This document shows positions 25,231 to 44,895 of a stretch of DNA of 64,000 bases, piece after piece; position 1 is the first letter of the stretch; each line of letters opens with the position of its first letter. The notes below the pieces were generated by a model. That model did not search any database, was not told where the DNA came from, and saw nothing but the letters and a program-made list of their open reading frames with translations. The stretch spans positions 2,797,404-2,861,403 of the forward strand of contig CAJFCJ010000007.1 in assembly GCA_904063045.1 (NCBI GenBank), in the 5' to 3' direction. A program made the position numbers and the translations under genes. Origin of the DNA: Dimorphilus gyrociliatus (lineage: Eukaryota; Animalia; Annelida).

Positions 25231-25651
25231 ATGTCCTTTTCTTATTTTTTTAACTTAATAAATTCTAGCAAATATGTAAATAACATTTATCAAGTATATT
25301 TTTTCATTTAGTCGAGTGCAGCCTTTCATTCAGACAGAAAGCGGGAAATTTCGCTTTTATTTTCGTATAATGAATCTGAAAACTGAAATGAAAAATATTA
25401 ATAGGATTAACGATATATACAGTTGAAAACGTATTTATTATACTATGTGTTGTTAAAATTCAATTATCTCATAATTTGATAAGAGGTTCACGAAAGTCTG
25501 AAAAAGATACGAAAATAAATTTGCGACCATGACATATTAGCCTATAGGATAGATAGGATTTATAAAATTCGGCAAAACCTGGTAGTTTTAGCTTGAATTT
25601 ATCTGAAGGAGCCTGTCTTAAATTAAGTTAATAGTGGCGGTGTTTTAAGCA

Positions 25652-33501
<7,850 letters not shown>

Positions 33502-34104
33502 AAGAGGAAACAAAATATTTTAAAATAGTAATTGTATATTCATGATGAATATAATTCTGCTTAGTATCTTTTTTTTCTTGTCACAATCTCCATCTATCGA
33601 TTTGTCAAGCTTCTGTTTGTTTTTAAATTTATTTCTCATTTGTGGCCACCACATTAACGTATATTATACGTTTAATGGTTTTGTGATGTGCTAGTTTACT
33701 CTAGTTTAATATTTTTTATCTTTTGACAGTAATCTGTCATTTTCCCACTCTGTATTTGGAAGTTTGTTTTCCTAGCAAGTGCTCATATTTGTAAAAGAGC
33801 TGCAGAACATGACTGAAATAGTGAATAAACTAGTAGTAAATAAAATTTAAATAATCTTTTTTTAATTTCGAACACTTTCAAGCTGTGATTCTGCGTGTAA
33901 CGAAAAATGAAAGACTGCATAATCGAACGATCCAAAGTTTTTCTAACAAACATGTCACATTTTTTGAGATGCTTTGTGTAAATTAATAAGCACAAAACGA
34001 TTTCTTATGAACTAATAAATTATAATTCTTGGCTAATGCATATTAATAAATTATTTACAAGACTAACTTCACATGCACTTGTAAAAATTGAAAATTGAAA
34101 AAAT

Positions 34105-35341
34105 TCAAAAATCAAACAAATTCCCAACTCCTTCGTTATTATCTAAAGATCTCTGATACTCTCTGTCAGATGCAGGAGGACTCAATCGTTCCATTGGCGA
34201 GGTCAGATATAAAAGATCTATAATAAAAAATGCCGACAGGTGTAAATTAATTGGTCTGGAAAATATGATACACACCATTTTTTTTCAATAAGTCAGCGAC
34301 TTCGCTATCCACCACCTGTTTATTCTCTTCTGCTTCCACATCCTCACTTGTTTGAGTTGACTTCTATTAGAGGCAAAAATTACATATTTATAAGTATATA
34401 TATATGTAAAAAGTTTGTGTAAGTCTTTTTATGGAACGCTCTCCTTACTTTGGCCATTTTAGCAGGCGGTGGATTCATTTCCGTATCCACTTGATTATTT
34501 AAGAGAAATGTGTATATTGGCCCTTTTCGTGACTTGAGATGCATTTTAAACGAATATTTTTCACCATACTGTAAATTCAACAGAAATTGTTAAAGTCATT
34601 TGGAAAGTGTAATTTAATTACTTTTATTGGGCACATCGGCGGCGGGACCTGTAATTCTGTTCCTGTTGGTGCCTGTACAGCAAAAATTGTTTTCTCTTCA
34701 AAACTACGACAAATATCATTATGTGTAGCGTAGGCAAATGTTTTGTTCGTTTCGTCATCTGTCATGTTTTGAATGCTAACGGTTGCTGAATGAATGAAAC
34801 CCTGAAGCATGCGCTCTTGTCGTTCTAGATCCTCCAATTCGGAACGAAGCACTGATATTTCCGACGTGAGTTCTGCAGAACTGCCCGTTGCCCCTCTGCA
34901 AAAAAAAATAAAAAACAATATACGCTGAGATTGTATGCAATCATAAAACATACTTCCATTGAATTGCATTCTTTGACTTTTTCTCAATTAAGCCAATTCC
35001 CTCCAAAACGTTTGTTATGTCGTATATTCTTCTCTTTTGACGAACTTCCAGTAACTCTGCGGCCTGTATTCAATGTTTATAGTAATTTTTCGTTAATTTC
35101 GAGATGCAACAGCATAATGGCGGGAAAGGGACTAATGGCGCCATCATCGCGGCCCATTTTATTCAAAGGGGCGTTTTACGGGCAACTAAGAAAGGCTGGA
35201 ATAGCTTTTCACTAATAAACTTACGCGTTTCAAGTCTAAGTGGCCATTCGCGGAGCTTTGGAGCAAACGAACAAACTTTACAGTCAATAAACCCAAGCTT
35301 TTCTCATGCCGTGTAGATGGTGAACTATCGAAAAGCGCCAT
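34105..35341 (-). CDS. E2F4/5: E2F4/5 transcription factor
   Basis: [42 protein letters not shown], marked box [10 protein letters not shown], and C-terminal pocket-protein-binding RLSPP...EGVGNLFDF. Confidence 0.95.
35118..35167. promoter_or_regulatory. E2F-site and CHR-like cluster in E2F4/5 intron 1
   Basis: TGGCGGGAAA (35118-35127), palindrome ATGGCGCCAT (35135-35144), TTCAAA = CHR TTTGAA on the minus strand (35162-35167). Confidence 0.5.
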
Positions 35342-35635
35342 CTTGAAACGACTAGTAAAGAAACGACAACGACCCCTCTTTAATCAAGGGTACCTGGTAG
35401 AATTCAATAAAATATACGATGTTTAGAACGTGTAATTAGTAACCACATTAATTTCGATAAATGAAGAATTTTCATTGGACAAATTTTCGCGCTGTTAATA
35501 TCTAAGCTCCTTGTTCATTGGCTAGATGAAGAAAGATTATTTAAATATCCATTTTTCCGCTTCCGATATTGTATTCGATGGAATTGAAAGAAATTTTACT
35601 AAAATCTATGTTCGTAGTATGTGAAGAGTACAAAG

Positions 35636-37165
35636 ATGAGTACTCTTATCCTCCCGGACACTGTAATAAACAAAAAGTTTCGAATTTGGACAATAACGGT
35701 AAACATTAACAACACAAAGATTAATTATTCTGTATTCGAATTGCTTTTAGCAGCTGACGACCCAAATAAATTGCCTAATGCTACCCTATCGTCGTTCAGC
35801 ATATCTTGCGGTCAGACCATTGAAAATTCCACCCAAATTATACACCGATTATCCAATTTATATGGAAATGAGGAACTATCAGACATTATTCTTTCCGTTA
35901 ATGAATCCTTATACTTTGCTCATAAGCTAGTTTTATGTATTGCTTCTGAAGTTTTTAAAATCATGTTGACCCGCTGGGACGATAAACAATCGTCGAATTT
36001 AAAACTGTTTGAATGCGAAGAATGCGCGGTTGTTTTTGAAGACTTTCTAAAATATTTATATACAGGGCAGATTGTTCTTAATCACGATAATGTATTGTAT
36101 ATATTAATGCTGGCAGATAAATATTGCGTAACTGATCTTGCCGAGTTGTGCCTCAAATTTATGACGGATCACTTGGTTGTTATAGTCGAAAAAAACAGAG
36201 CAATTTCTTGGTTAATGTATACGTACAGATCGCCTCATACATATATTGCAACAACATTTTTGGAATTTATTAAGTCCAATTTTTCCAAAGTAGTTTTTAC
36301 ACAAGATTTCCCCTTATTAGATATTAATTTACTACTTGATTTACTATCATCTTCACAATTGGTTGTGCAAGACGAAACATTTATTATAAGAGCTATAGTG
36401 AAATGGTTAATTCTCCAAGACTCGTGTTCATGGGAGACAGCTCATATACTGATGAAAAGTATTCGATTCCCAATGTTATCCTCCGTTCAATTATCGGAAT
36501 TGGCTCGGGATTCTTTAATGTCAACTAACATGCCATGGTACGAGGAGCTGTCCACTATCATTGGCGCGTGTAAAAACTATCATTTATTTACCGAAAATGA
36601 TCATCGTCGCTCAACCTCAGATTGTACACTGACAGAATCAATGTTGACACCGCGTTATTATATGAATGAAAAGTGGATAACCTCTTTGACAGTTGATAAT
36701 TTTGCTTCAATGCCCAGTTACACTTCTAAGGCTATGGTTTTTTCAACACCGTTATCGAATTCTGAAGCTGATGAAACGAACATGTATGAATGGGTAGTTG
36801 AACTTTTCCCCAAAGGGGTTCAATATAAAAAGTGCGTACTAATTGGGTTTTGGCGGAATATGGAAGTAAACGGTGCTACATATGATACTGTACGTATGAC
36901 TTTGACTTTGAAGACTAATTTTGAAACACTTTTGAAGAAAACGAATAGAGGGGTAATTACAGTTCTAATTAAGTCATGTCAAGATCAAGTTGAGTATATT
37001 AAATTTATCATGGAAAGAAGAATAGTATTAGAAAAAGATTGTATTTATCACTTTGAAGATGTTGTCCCATTCGAGGATTTGCAGAAATTTAATAGCGAAT
37101 ACTTGCATGGCAAAAATACTGAAAAATTTACCGTGTTCATATTTATTAGGGTTGAATCTTCCTGA
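35636..37165 (+). CDS. Intronless BTB-BACK protein, BTBD17-like
   Basis: LSDIILSVNESLYFAHKLVL, CAVVFEDFLKYLYTG, ADKYCV, a BACK domain and IRFPML. First ATG at 35636 (the track uses GTG 35621). Confidence 0.8.
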   Translation: MSTLILPDTVINKKFRIWTITVNINNTKINYSVFELLLAADDPNKLPNATLSSFSISCGQTIENSTQIIHRLSNLYGNEELSDIILSVNESLYFAHKLVLCIASEVFKIMLTRWDDKQSSNLKLFECEECAVVFEDFLKYLYTGQIVLNHDNVLYILMLADKYCVTDLAELCLKFMTDHLVVIVEKNRAISWLMYTYRSPHTYIATTFLEFIKSNFSKVVFTQDFPLLDINLLLDLLSSSQLVVQDETFIIRAIVKWLILQDSCSWETAHILMKSIRFPMLSSVQLSELARDSLMSTNMPWYEELSTIIGACKNYHLFTENDHRRSTSDCTLTESMLTPRYYMNEKWITSLTVDNFASMPSYTSKAMVFSTPLSNSEADETNMYEWVVELFPKGVQYKKCVLIGFWRNMEVNGATYDTVRMTLTLKTNFETLLKKTNRGVITVLIKSCQDQVEYIKFIMERRIVLEKDCIYHFEDVVPFEDLQKFNSEYLHGKNTEKFTVFIFIRVESS

Positions 37166-37549
37166 AAAATATTCAATATTTTGTTTTGTTTTACTTTTTT
37201 TTCCCTTGTGACAGTATTCAATTTAAAAACGATAAAATTCAATTCACTAGGCCTAAAGTCTATTGCGAACAAAACAAAAAAAACTGCTTTTTATGAATGA
37301 AATTTTCATTTTATTTTTAACGAAAATAGATTTAAATAAAAAGAAAACAATAAAACGAATTTCCAGAGTCTAGGAAGAAAATTTCTTTAAGTGTTTTCGT
37401 TAATAAATCGTTCTAAGAGGGTACATTTACAAATTTGTTCGGGTACGCTCTTACTGTAAAGCATTACATTATTTAATTTGAGTTAGAAAAAAGCCAAGGA
37501 ATTCGATTATCGTATACTATTCTTAATTCACTGTTGTGTACTTCTTTAT

Positions 37550-38658
37550 CTAACTTGTCCAACGATCACTTATTGCCCAAAGTCTTTTAGAATTTTGATC
37601 GTCCACTTCTACATCAGCAGGTTTTAGCTTTTCATAGTAAAATGTAGAATGATCAATAACTTCTGGATCAACACAGCAGTAAATTACAGTTTGGGCAGCG
37701 GCATGAGCAGTCTGCATAAATACAGACGAGACTGGACTTAGCCACACACTTATGTGACGTCCAATTTTTGTCTTAGCAACCCCAGGGTTTGCGGCCATAG
37801 ATTTGACAGAGCTTTCTCTTTTGACCAATTGATCTGTAAAATATATATTTGCCAGCTTACTCTGTGAATAGGCAGAATATTTATCGTATAATTTAGAAGA
37901 GTTTAGATCGTCAAAATTTATAGATGCTTGCTTAAAAGCCGAGCATGTAACGTTTACTATTCGACCCGAGTGACTTTGAAGCTTTGGCAGTAAAAGTTTA
38001 GTAAGTAAGAAATGTCCTAAATGATTTACTCCCAATTGCTCTTCGAATCCGTCCTTAGTCAATTTTTTAGGGCACATCATTACAGCCGCGTTATTCACTA
38101 GAACATCCAACCTTTTTTCTCCTGTGATTTACATAATAGCATTTTGAGAAAAGAATATCGAATCTTTAGTAAAAATTTAAATACTTTGTAAGATATTTTC
38201 GGCAAATTCTCTTACTGAGGACAAATCCGCTAAATCCAGCTTTTCTACTGTAATATTTTTATTGAAGGAACTCTCACGAATCTCTTTCAGAGCGGTTTCT
38301 CCTTCTTTTAAATCTCTAACGGCTAGAATTACGCGACCACCTGGAAAGGCAACATTGACTCTTTGTTCTTTTTACACTTAATTTGGTCATAGATTTGTAA
38401 CAAACGAACCTCGTTTAGCTAATTCCATAGCAGTTGCCTTACCAATACCACTGTTAGCACCAGTGATAATTACTGTTCTACCGGCAAAGCGCACATCTGA
38501 TTTATAAGTCTTTGTTGATAATGAATCCCTACAAGCGATAAAATTCTATCTTAGCACGTATTTTTTCTATCTGAAAGCATAATTAACTTGATTAGGACAA
38601 TTACTCCCGCCGCTGTCCCTATGACACTCAGGGGTACAATATATTTAGGAAATTTCAT
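37550..38658 (-). CDS. RDH13: Retinol dehydrogenase 13-like short-chain dehydrogenase/reductase
   Basis: N-terminus [28 protein letters not shown] Rossmann motif, [19 protein letters not shown], and catalytic YSQSK. Four exons. Confidence 0.85.
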
Positions 38659-39241
38659 CGTCTTGGACGTGTTTTGAAAGAGCGACAAACCGAGAAGGAT
38701 ACCGAAAACCTTGAACACACCGGCTTAAATTGAAAACTGGTAAGTAAATTACAGGTGTCACTACTTTCGGGATAAAGCTGATTTTATAAAAGTCACTTAC
38801 CATCAACTTTAAGACTATCATTTCCCGAAATGTCTTTTCTTAAAGCCAATTAATCCTAGCGTAGATAAACTGATTATGATAAAAAAAATGCAATTAACTT
38901 TCTAACCTTTAACGTTATAAGAATAAGTTATATTTCCATTAAAACTACCGCCATAATATAGTTTATTTCAGTTACTTTTACACAAATACAATGCGTCGAC
39001 ATTAGAATATTTAAATCATGCGAATGAACAAAAGTCAAATGTGTTGATTACATTTCAAAATTATCAGCTAGAGATATATTCATTGTCTTCCCAATGAATT
39101 ATCTCCAAATTCTGAGTTTCTGTGATAAATTATATAAAAAGAGGACTCAAAGTGCTTAAAATCTGAGCTGAATTAGTTGTGTAACATTTTTTTTCATCTT
39201 CCCCTTTCACCTTAAATTAGCCTTTTATAGGTTTATAGTCA

Positions 39242-40975
39242 TTAATCGTTATAAGAAGGATTGTTTATTCTGAGGTGATTATTTAATTTTTGATTAATGT
39301 AAACTGGCATTGTGGACGAACGTGATTCCGTTTCAGGTTGACTGGTTTCGATTTCTTGTTTGGTATTTTGTGAATTATTTGCCACTGTTGAATTTGGCAT
39401 AGTCTGCTCTAATTGGCCGGCTGCTCGCGCTTTTTTTTCTTTATCCATTTGTAAATTTTTTACGGCTTCACTAATAGCATTGGCAAGGGAAAAATTTAAA
39501 TTTACGCTTGTTTGTTCGTCAGTCTCCTCTGGAGCTGTTGGCTGTAGTGGTGAAGGAGGTAATTTTCTTCTCATAGGTACAGGAGGTCGAGTTCCTGGAG
39601 TAGGTGAGAAATTGGTCTCTTTTTTGTCATTCGCCGCAAGCGAAAGATCATAGTATTCATTTTCTTCTCTATTGACATCTTCGTCAGGTCTTCTAGGAAG
39701 AGGGGGTGGAGGTAATGGCCTTTTCTGAATTGCGCTATTGCTTTGATATTCTGTATCATCACTCCAATACTCTCCATCGCTGTCATAAATGCATTCATCA
39801 TTATACGTTGGAAGGGGTTCGGGTTCCGTTTTAGGAGGATTTGGTAATACGGGTGATATATTTTCTGAAGTTTTTCCGCGAGAAGAAGCTGTTTTAGATA
39901 GAAAATTTCCTTTTAACTTTTTAAATAATGAAGAAGATTTAACATTTTCATTTAAATTTGGTATAGATGATGGAATCTTAGACTTAGGTCTAGCAGGTAA
40001 AGGTGGTGGAATATCATCTTCATCCTGTCTAGTCAGCTTCAATGGAACGTTTTCTATTATGCCAACAGAACTTGAAATGTTGTTACAAGCTTGTTTTTTA
40101 TCACGGACTTCCTCTTGAGGAGGTTTAGACTCCCAAAGAGCTCCATAAACTTGTTGAATATAACTATCCGATATATCAGAGCCTGAATTGTTGTCGTCAT
40201 AGATTTCTGAATTTTCTAAACACCCAAAGATTCCAGTAAAGCTGTCTTGGTATATAAATTGTACAGGTTTCCAGTCATATTGTTGCTGTCTGCAGTGTAT
40301 CTCATTAAGAAGACTGTTATACTGCTCGATATCTTTTGGAGAATCAGTCTTATTTATGTTTCTTGTAAGTTCGTCCAATAACTGTATCTTATTATTGTAG
40401 AACCCAGCATTTTCTTTACGTAATTTTAATGAGTGTTCGTCAACTAGTTGTAGAGCTTTCTTAGCTTCCACAGTTATATTCTTATTTACTGTTTGAAGGG
40501 AGTTCTTAATCTTATCTTTAGCTGTAGATATCAATTTTTTGACGTCATTTTTCAGAGCTTCAATAATTTGGCAATGATCTTCGAAAGGTTTAATAGTATG
40601 CCCTTGATGTTTATAAATACATTTTAAACATAGCTTTTGATAATTGCAAGAATCAGAGTAGCAAACCAGCGATATATCAATATTGTGGTCAGCACAAGTA
40701 GATGTACTTGATTGAAATTGTTCAAATGAGGCATCATTAAAGAATATATTTTTTGGCAAGTTGGCAGCACCTTGTTTATTCCACTTAAATTTTTTCGAAC
40801 ACGTTGGACATTCTACTTTCGATGAGGTCACGTTTCTTGTAGAATATATCTCTATACACCTTTTACAAAAGGTGTGAAGACAAGGTAAAATTCTGGGATC
40901 CCTATTGACCCAAGAGAAGGTACACAATTTACAGGTATAAACATCTTCACTAACCAATAATCTATTTCGAAGCAT
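39242..40975 (-). CDS. Intronless TRIM-like protein: RING, B-box, coiled-coil and a Pro/Tyr-rich disordered tail
   Basis: CKLC...PCLHTFCKRC...CPTC forms a C3HC4 RING. CADH...C...C..C...HQGH forms a B-box 2. A coiled-coil follows. Confidence 0.85.
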   Translation of the reverse strand: MLRNRLLVSEDVYTCKLCTFSWVNRDPRILPCLHTFCKRCIEIYSTRNVTSSKVECPTCSKKFKWNKQGAANLPKNIFFNDASFEQFQSSTSTCADHNIDISLVCYSDSCNYQKLCLKCIYKHQGHTIKPFEDHCQIIEALKNDVKKLISTAKDKIKNSLQTVNKNITVEAKKALQLVDEHSLKLRKENAGFYNNKIQLLDELTRNINKTDSPKDIEQYNSLLNEIHCRQQQYDWKPVQFIYQDSFTGIFGCLENSEIYDDNNSGSDISDSYIQQVYGALWESKPPQEEVRDKKQACNNISSSVGIIENVPLKLTRQDEDDIPPPLPARPKSKIPSSIPNLNENVKSSSLFKKLKGNFLSKTASSRGKTSENISPVLPNPPKTEPEPLPTYNDECIYDSDGEYWSDDTEYQSNSAIQKRPLPPPPLPRRPDEDVNREENEYYDLSLAANDKKETNFSPTPGTRPPVPMRRKLPPSPLQPTAPEETDEQTSVNLNFSLANAISEAVKNLQMDKEKKARAAGQLEQTMPNSTVANNSQNTKQEIETSQPETESRSSTMPVYINQKLNNHLRINNPSYND

Positions 40976-42484
40976 TTCAAATGAAAGTGATTCAACAAAA
41001 ATATCTACAGACGTTGCACTTCTATCAAACTCGTTTGAGCCGTTATCATACCTTAGTTGAGTAATATAACATATATTGCAATATATAGGCTGGCTGAGGC
41101 CAGAGAGATACAGCTTATCTCGTAGCAGCGTATTTTCCTTTTGCGGAAACTAGAAAATGTACATAATCAATAAAAGTATTAATAAAACTCTACTCAGAAT
41201 TGTGGTTTAGTCTTTTTTTTTGTACAAATGTTCTTTTTTTTACGTGGAACATTTTTTATGTGAATAGTCTTTTACATGGAACATGCTTTGGTATTGATAA
41301 TAGTTCTTTTATAAACGCATTCATTTTGAGCGTTTTTTTATAAGTAGGATCTATCAAAATATGTTATCTGCATTTATAATCTATACACTGGATATATCTA
41401 TCAACTATTTATATATAAAGATATAAATATACAAGTTATGATTGAAGGTCTTGATTGTCATAATAAATCGTAGTTGAGCTTTAGTTCACGAATCATCGCT
41501 CAGAATCATAGGAGACGGCTAACCGTTTTTCGAAAGCGTCTTTTATTAAATTTTCAAATATCCTTTGATAGAATGGAACTCTTTTGGGGGTATACTAGTC
41601 TTTAAGTTTATTCATGTCAACTCAAACAGAAATTTAGATGCAAAAATTGCTTATTGAGTTCATTTCCACTAAAGTAATTGAACAATTACTGTTACAAATG
41701 TGTAATAATAGAATTGTATGAATTAACCATTCTCATTAATATAGAGGAGTAACTTTTAAAGAGCATCTTTTCGGATAAAACAAGACCTGATAAAGTGAAA
41801 TCAAATTAAATGTCGGGAAAAAAAGAACAGCATTAAGGAAAGTGAAAGCCCATCGGAAGTGAAGCGAATTATTAAAGCTTGACGCTATAAAGCGTCTCTT
41901 AGATTGATTCATAGCTAGATATAGTAATTGCTCAGCTATGCTTAAAATCTATTAGAGAATATCAAAATAATATTTTAATAGTTAAAAGACAAATTTATTA
42001 TTTCTGTTTAAGAGGAAAATTGCAAAAATTTCATTAAATAATTTAGAAATTCATCTAATCAAAAGTCTAATTTATGCGAACATTTCATCCCAACTACCAG
42101 ATATCGACCTTTTTAACACCCTAAGGACGAAAGTTAACAAGTGAACCACTCACTGTGTTCTATTCTATTTCCAATGGTATTTTTTCCTTTCTCCTTCATA
42201 ATTCTAAAATGAATGATAGATTTATTACTAATTATCTGAAAGAATCATAAAATACTTTTACCGGAAATGACCATGGTGGCAAAAAAAATATCGAAAAGAA
42301 ACAAAGAAAGAAAGAGAATTATTCACAATGATAAAAGACTTTTAAAGGTTTGTTTGTTTAAATTTATAGCCCTCTCACTAGATAAACGAGACAAAAGTCT
42401 CTGACTAATTTATGATCTGTTGTAAACCTGTGGAGTCGACTTTCAAACCGATAATGGTATTGAAAGGAACGAGTCTAACTTATT

Positions 42485-43585
42485 ATGAACATCTTTAACA
42501 TAGTTCTTTTCACTGTAAGCGTAACATTTCAATCTTCTTACGGTCTATTCGGGTTAGTTTCCTATGTGTTTTTTCTTTACTCCTAATACTTTTTAAATGA
42601 TGTTTTAATACGCTTATTAGATTCTATCTTGATTTATTATAGCCTTTCGTCACATCGTCCATTAAATTACCTACGAAAGCAAAATTCTTCGTTAGATTTT
42701 ATTAAATCGGCTAATTTACCAAGGAGTATTCGCGGATTCTTTCTCAACGATCCTGGATTTGCCGAAACATTAAAGACTTCTATTAAATCGGCTATAGCAA
42801 CTTGCAAATTGGTCAATGACAATTACAGATGGAATTGCCCGATTAAAGAGCATTTTAGGGAATCGATATTGAGAAAAGGTTTTAAAGAAACGGCTTTCCT
42901 GCATGCTTTACAAGCTTCGGCAATAGTTATAGAATTCGCAAAGGCTTGTTCCAGCGGCGGTGTTGCTTTGTGTGGTTGTGCTGCCGGAACATCTAATGAA
43001 TCGTTGGAGAGAGGTGAATGCAACGATAATATCCGTTTCGGAAAATCAGTTTTGCAGCAATTGATCAACTATTCGAGAAAGAAGAAGTCTAAATTGCAAA
43101 TGGTTAATGAGCACAATGCTAGGGTAGGTCTACATTGGGTACGGAAGAGAACAAGGAGAAAATGTAAATGTTACGGATTTTCTGGAAGCTGTGAGAAAAA
43201 AATTTGCTGGAGATCTACTCCATCTATGGGTAAAATAGGCTCCCTTTTACATAAGAGAATGATAAGGAGCGTAAATGTTGATAGGTCAACTTTAGAGAGG
43301 AAAGGACCAAAAAGAAATAAAGGCTTATCGATTATTGCTTCTAAATTATCGCTTGTCAGAACCACAAAATCTCCCGACTTTTGCAGTGATAGTAAGTATA
43401 GTAATGGAACTAAAAGACGGCGTTGTCAAAACGACAAACATTGTAAAGTTTTGTGCTGCGGGAGAGGTTATAGGAGAAAACGAGTGAGAATTGAAACTAC
43501 ATGCTGTCGCATGAAAAAGACATTAGGCTTTCCAACATCTTGTCCCGAGTGTGCTAAGATTATTACAGTTAGACTATGCAAATAA
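42485..43585 (+). CDS. WNT9: Divergent Wnt9-like ligand; exon 1 (signal peptide) 42485-42552, exon 2 42643-43585
   Basis: ILRKGFKETAFLHA...AKACSSG matches Wnt9 (ILKRGFKETAFLYA...AKACSAG). Also RWNC, HNARVG, CKCYGFSGSC, SPDFC, CCGRGY. The phase-2 GTTAGT...AG intron joins a hydrophobic leader in frame. Confidence 0.85.
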
Positions 43586-43760
43586 AACGAAAACTGGGAC
43601 TATTTTCTACGTAGTTCAAAATTAATGGCGTACAATTGAAAAGAAAATAAATACGTTATTTTTTCATGTTTTCATATCAGATTATTGTTATTTTAAATAG
43701 AGTTAAAGCATCTCTTTTTCTCTAGATGTAATATTAGAATCTGCACCGTACCGCTTAAAA

Positions 43761-44895
43761 TCACATTGTTATTTGGCTAGCACCTGAAGGTATTTGAAAT
43801 TCATCTTTTATAGGAATCTTTCCCACTATCTCGCTTTCTCCGTCATCGCTTGAATCGGCATCGTAAGGAGCTTCTTCCCTTTCTATTGTTATTGCTTGAC
43901 AAATTCTCCCTTTCAACTCGTCAACAATGTTGGGATGGATACGATGATTTTCTTTTCTGCAGTCGAGATATTCGGCTACGTAGGAGGGACAACCTCTTGG
44001 ATCATGAGGATGAACTTCTGGCTTTCTCCAGAAAAATTGCTGTGATGGAATGAGAGGTTTTTTTCTATTCAGTAGAACCTCTTCATTTAGCCATTCAGAG
44101 AGTTCAGGTGGGAAGAACTTCTCAAAAGCATCCTTAACTTTCCTTTTACCTCTTACAAGACGCATTTTACTGGCAGTATTTGGGTGTAGGAAGGCTTTAA
44201 TAGCTTTCCATACACCTTCAAACAAGGCGTTGTGGTTGACGCATAGTACTTGGCCTAATTGTTCTGGATAGTGATTCGCAAGAATTTGTGTAACCCCATA
44301 TCCCAATTTTGGTGAACAAGCTGGGAGCGTCATACCAGAACAGTCCAAAACAAGGACCCAAGAGTGAACATTTGGTGCCATACTACCTATTGCCGATTCA
44401 AAGGTATAGGCGCAATGAGCTACTGCATCTTCTATACTATATTTATGAACAGTGGCCTGTGCAAAGCAGCAATATAGTACAGGCCTCCCTAATTCATCGA
44501 AGCCTATTTGTCTTAGAGAGTGAAAACCAGGTTTTTCATGACACCACCTACAATCAATTAAACTGGGTTTATACGTCTTTCTCCATTCAACAGTACCTCT
44601 CAGCAATTTTTCAGCCAAGTCTAGATTCCAGTCTCTAGCCTTCAAGTATCTCATTAGTCTGCAAAACGATTATTAATCAATTGCCCCTGCCATCCAATTT
44701 AGATCTCTTATCAGAGACCGGATATGAAAAAATTGATTCGACATTTTCATAAAACGATAAAATAATATAAACATACGTTATGTCGGTCAAAAAATTGTGG
44801 CCATTTTCCACACCTTCTTCAATATATAGATCTTTTACGCGAAACCTTAAATTGTCCAATAAATGATCTTTGCCGGAAAAAGCCGCTGTTGCCAT
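43761..44895 (-). CDS. CRAL-TRIO/Sec14-like lipid-binding protein
   Basis: Exons 44777-44895 and 43761-44658. TLMRYLKARDWN (CRAL-TRIO N), GFDELGRPV, HYPEQLGQV, FLHPNTASKM. Confidence 0.88.

Noticed and set aside
38663-38702. GTATCCTT U12-like donor on the minus strand upstream of RDH13
   Set aside because: It would give only a 40-nt intron with no U12 branch site.
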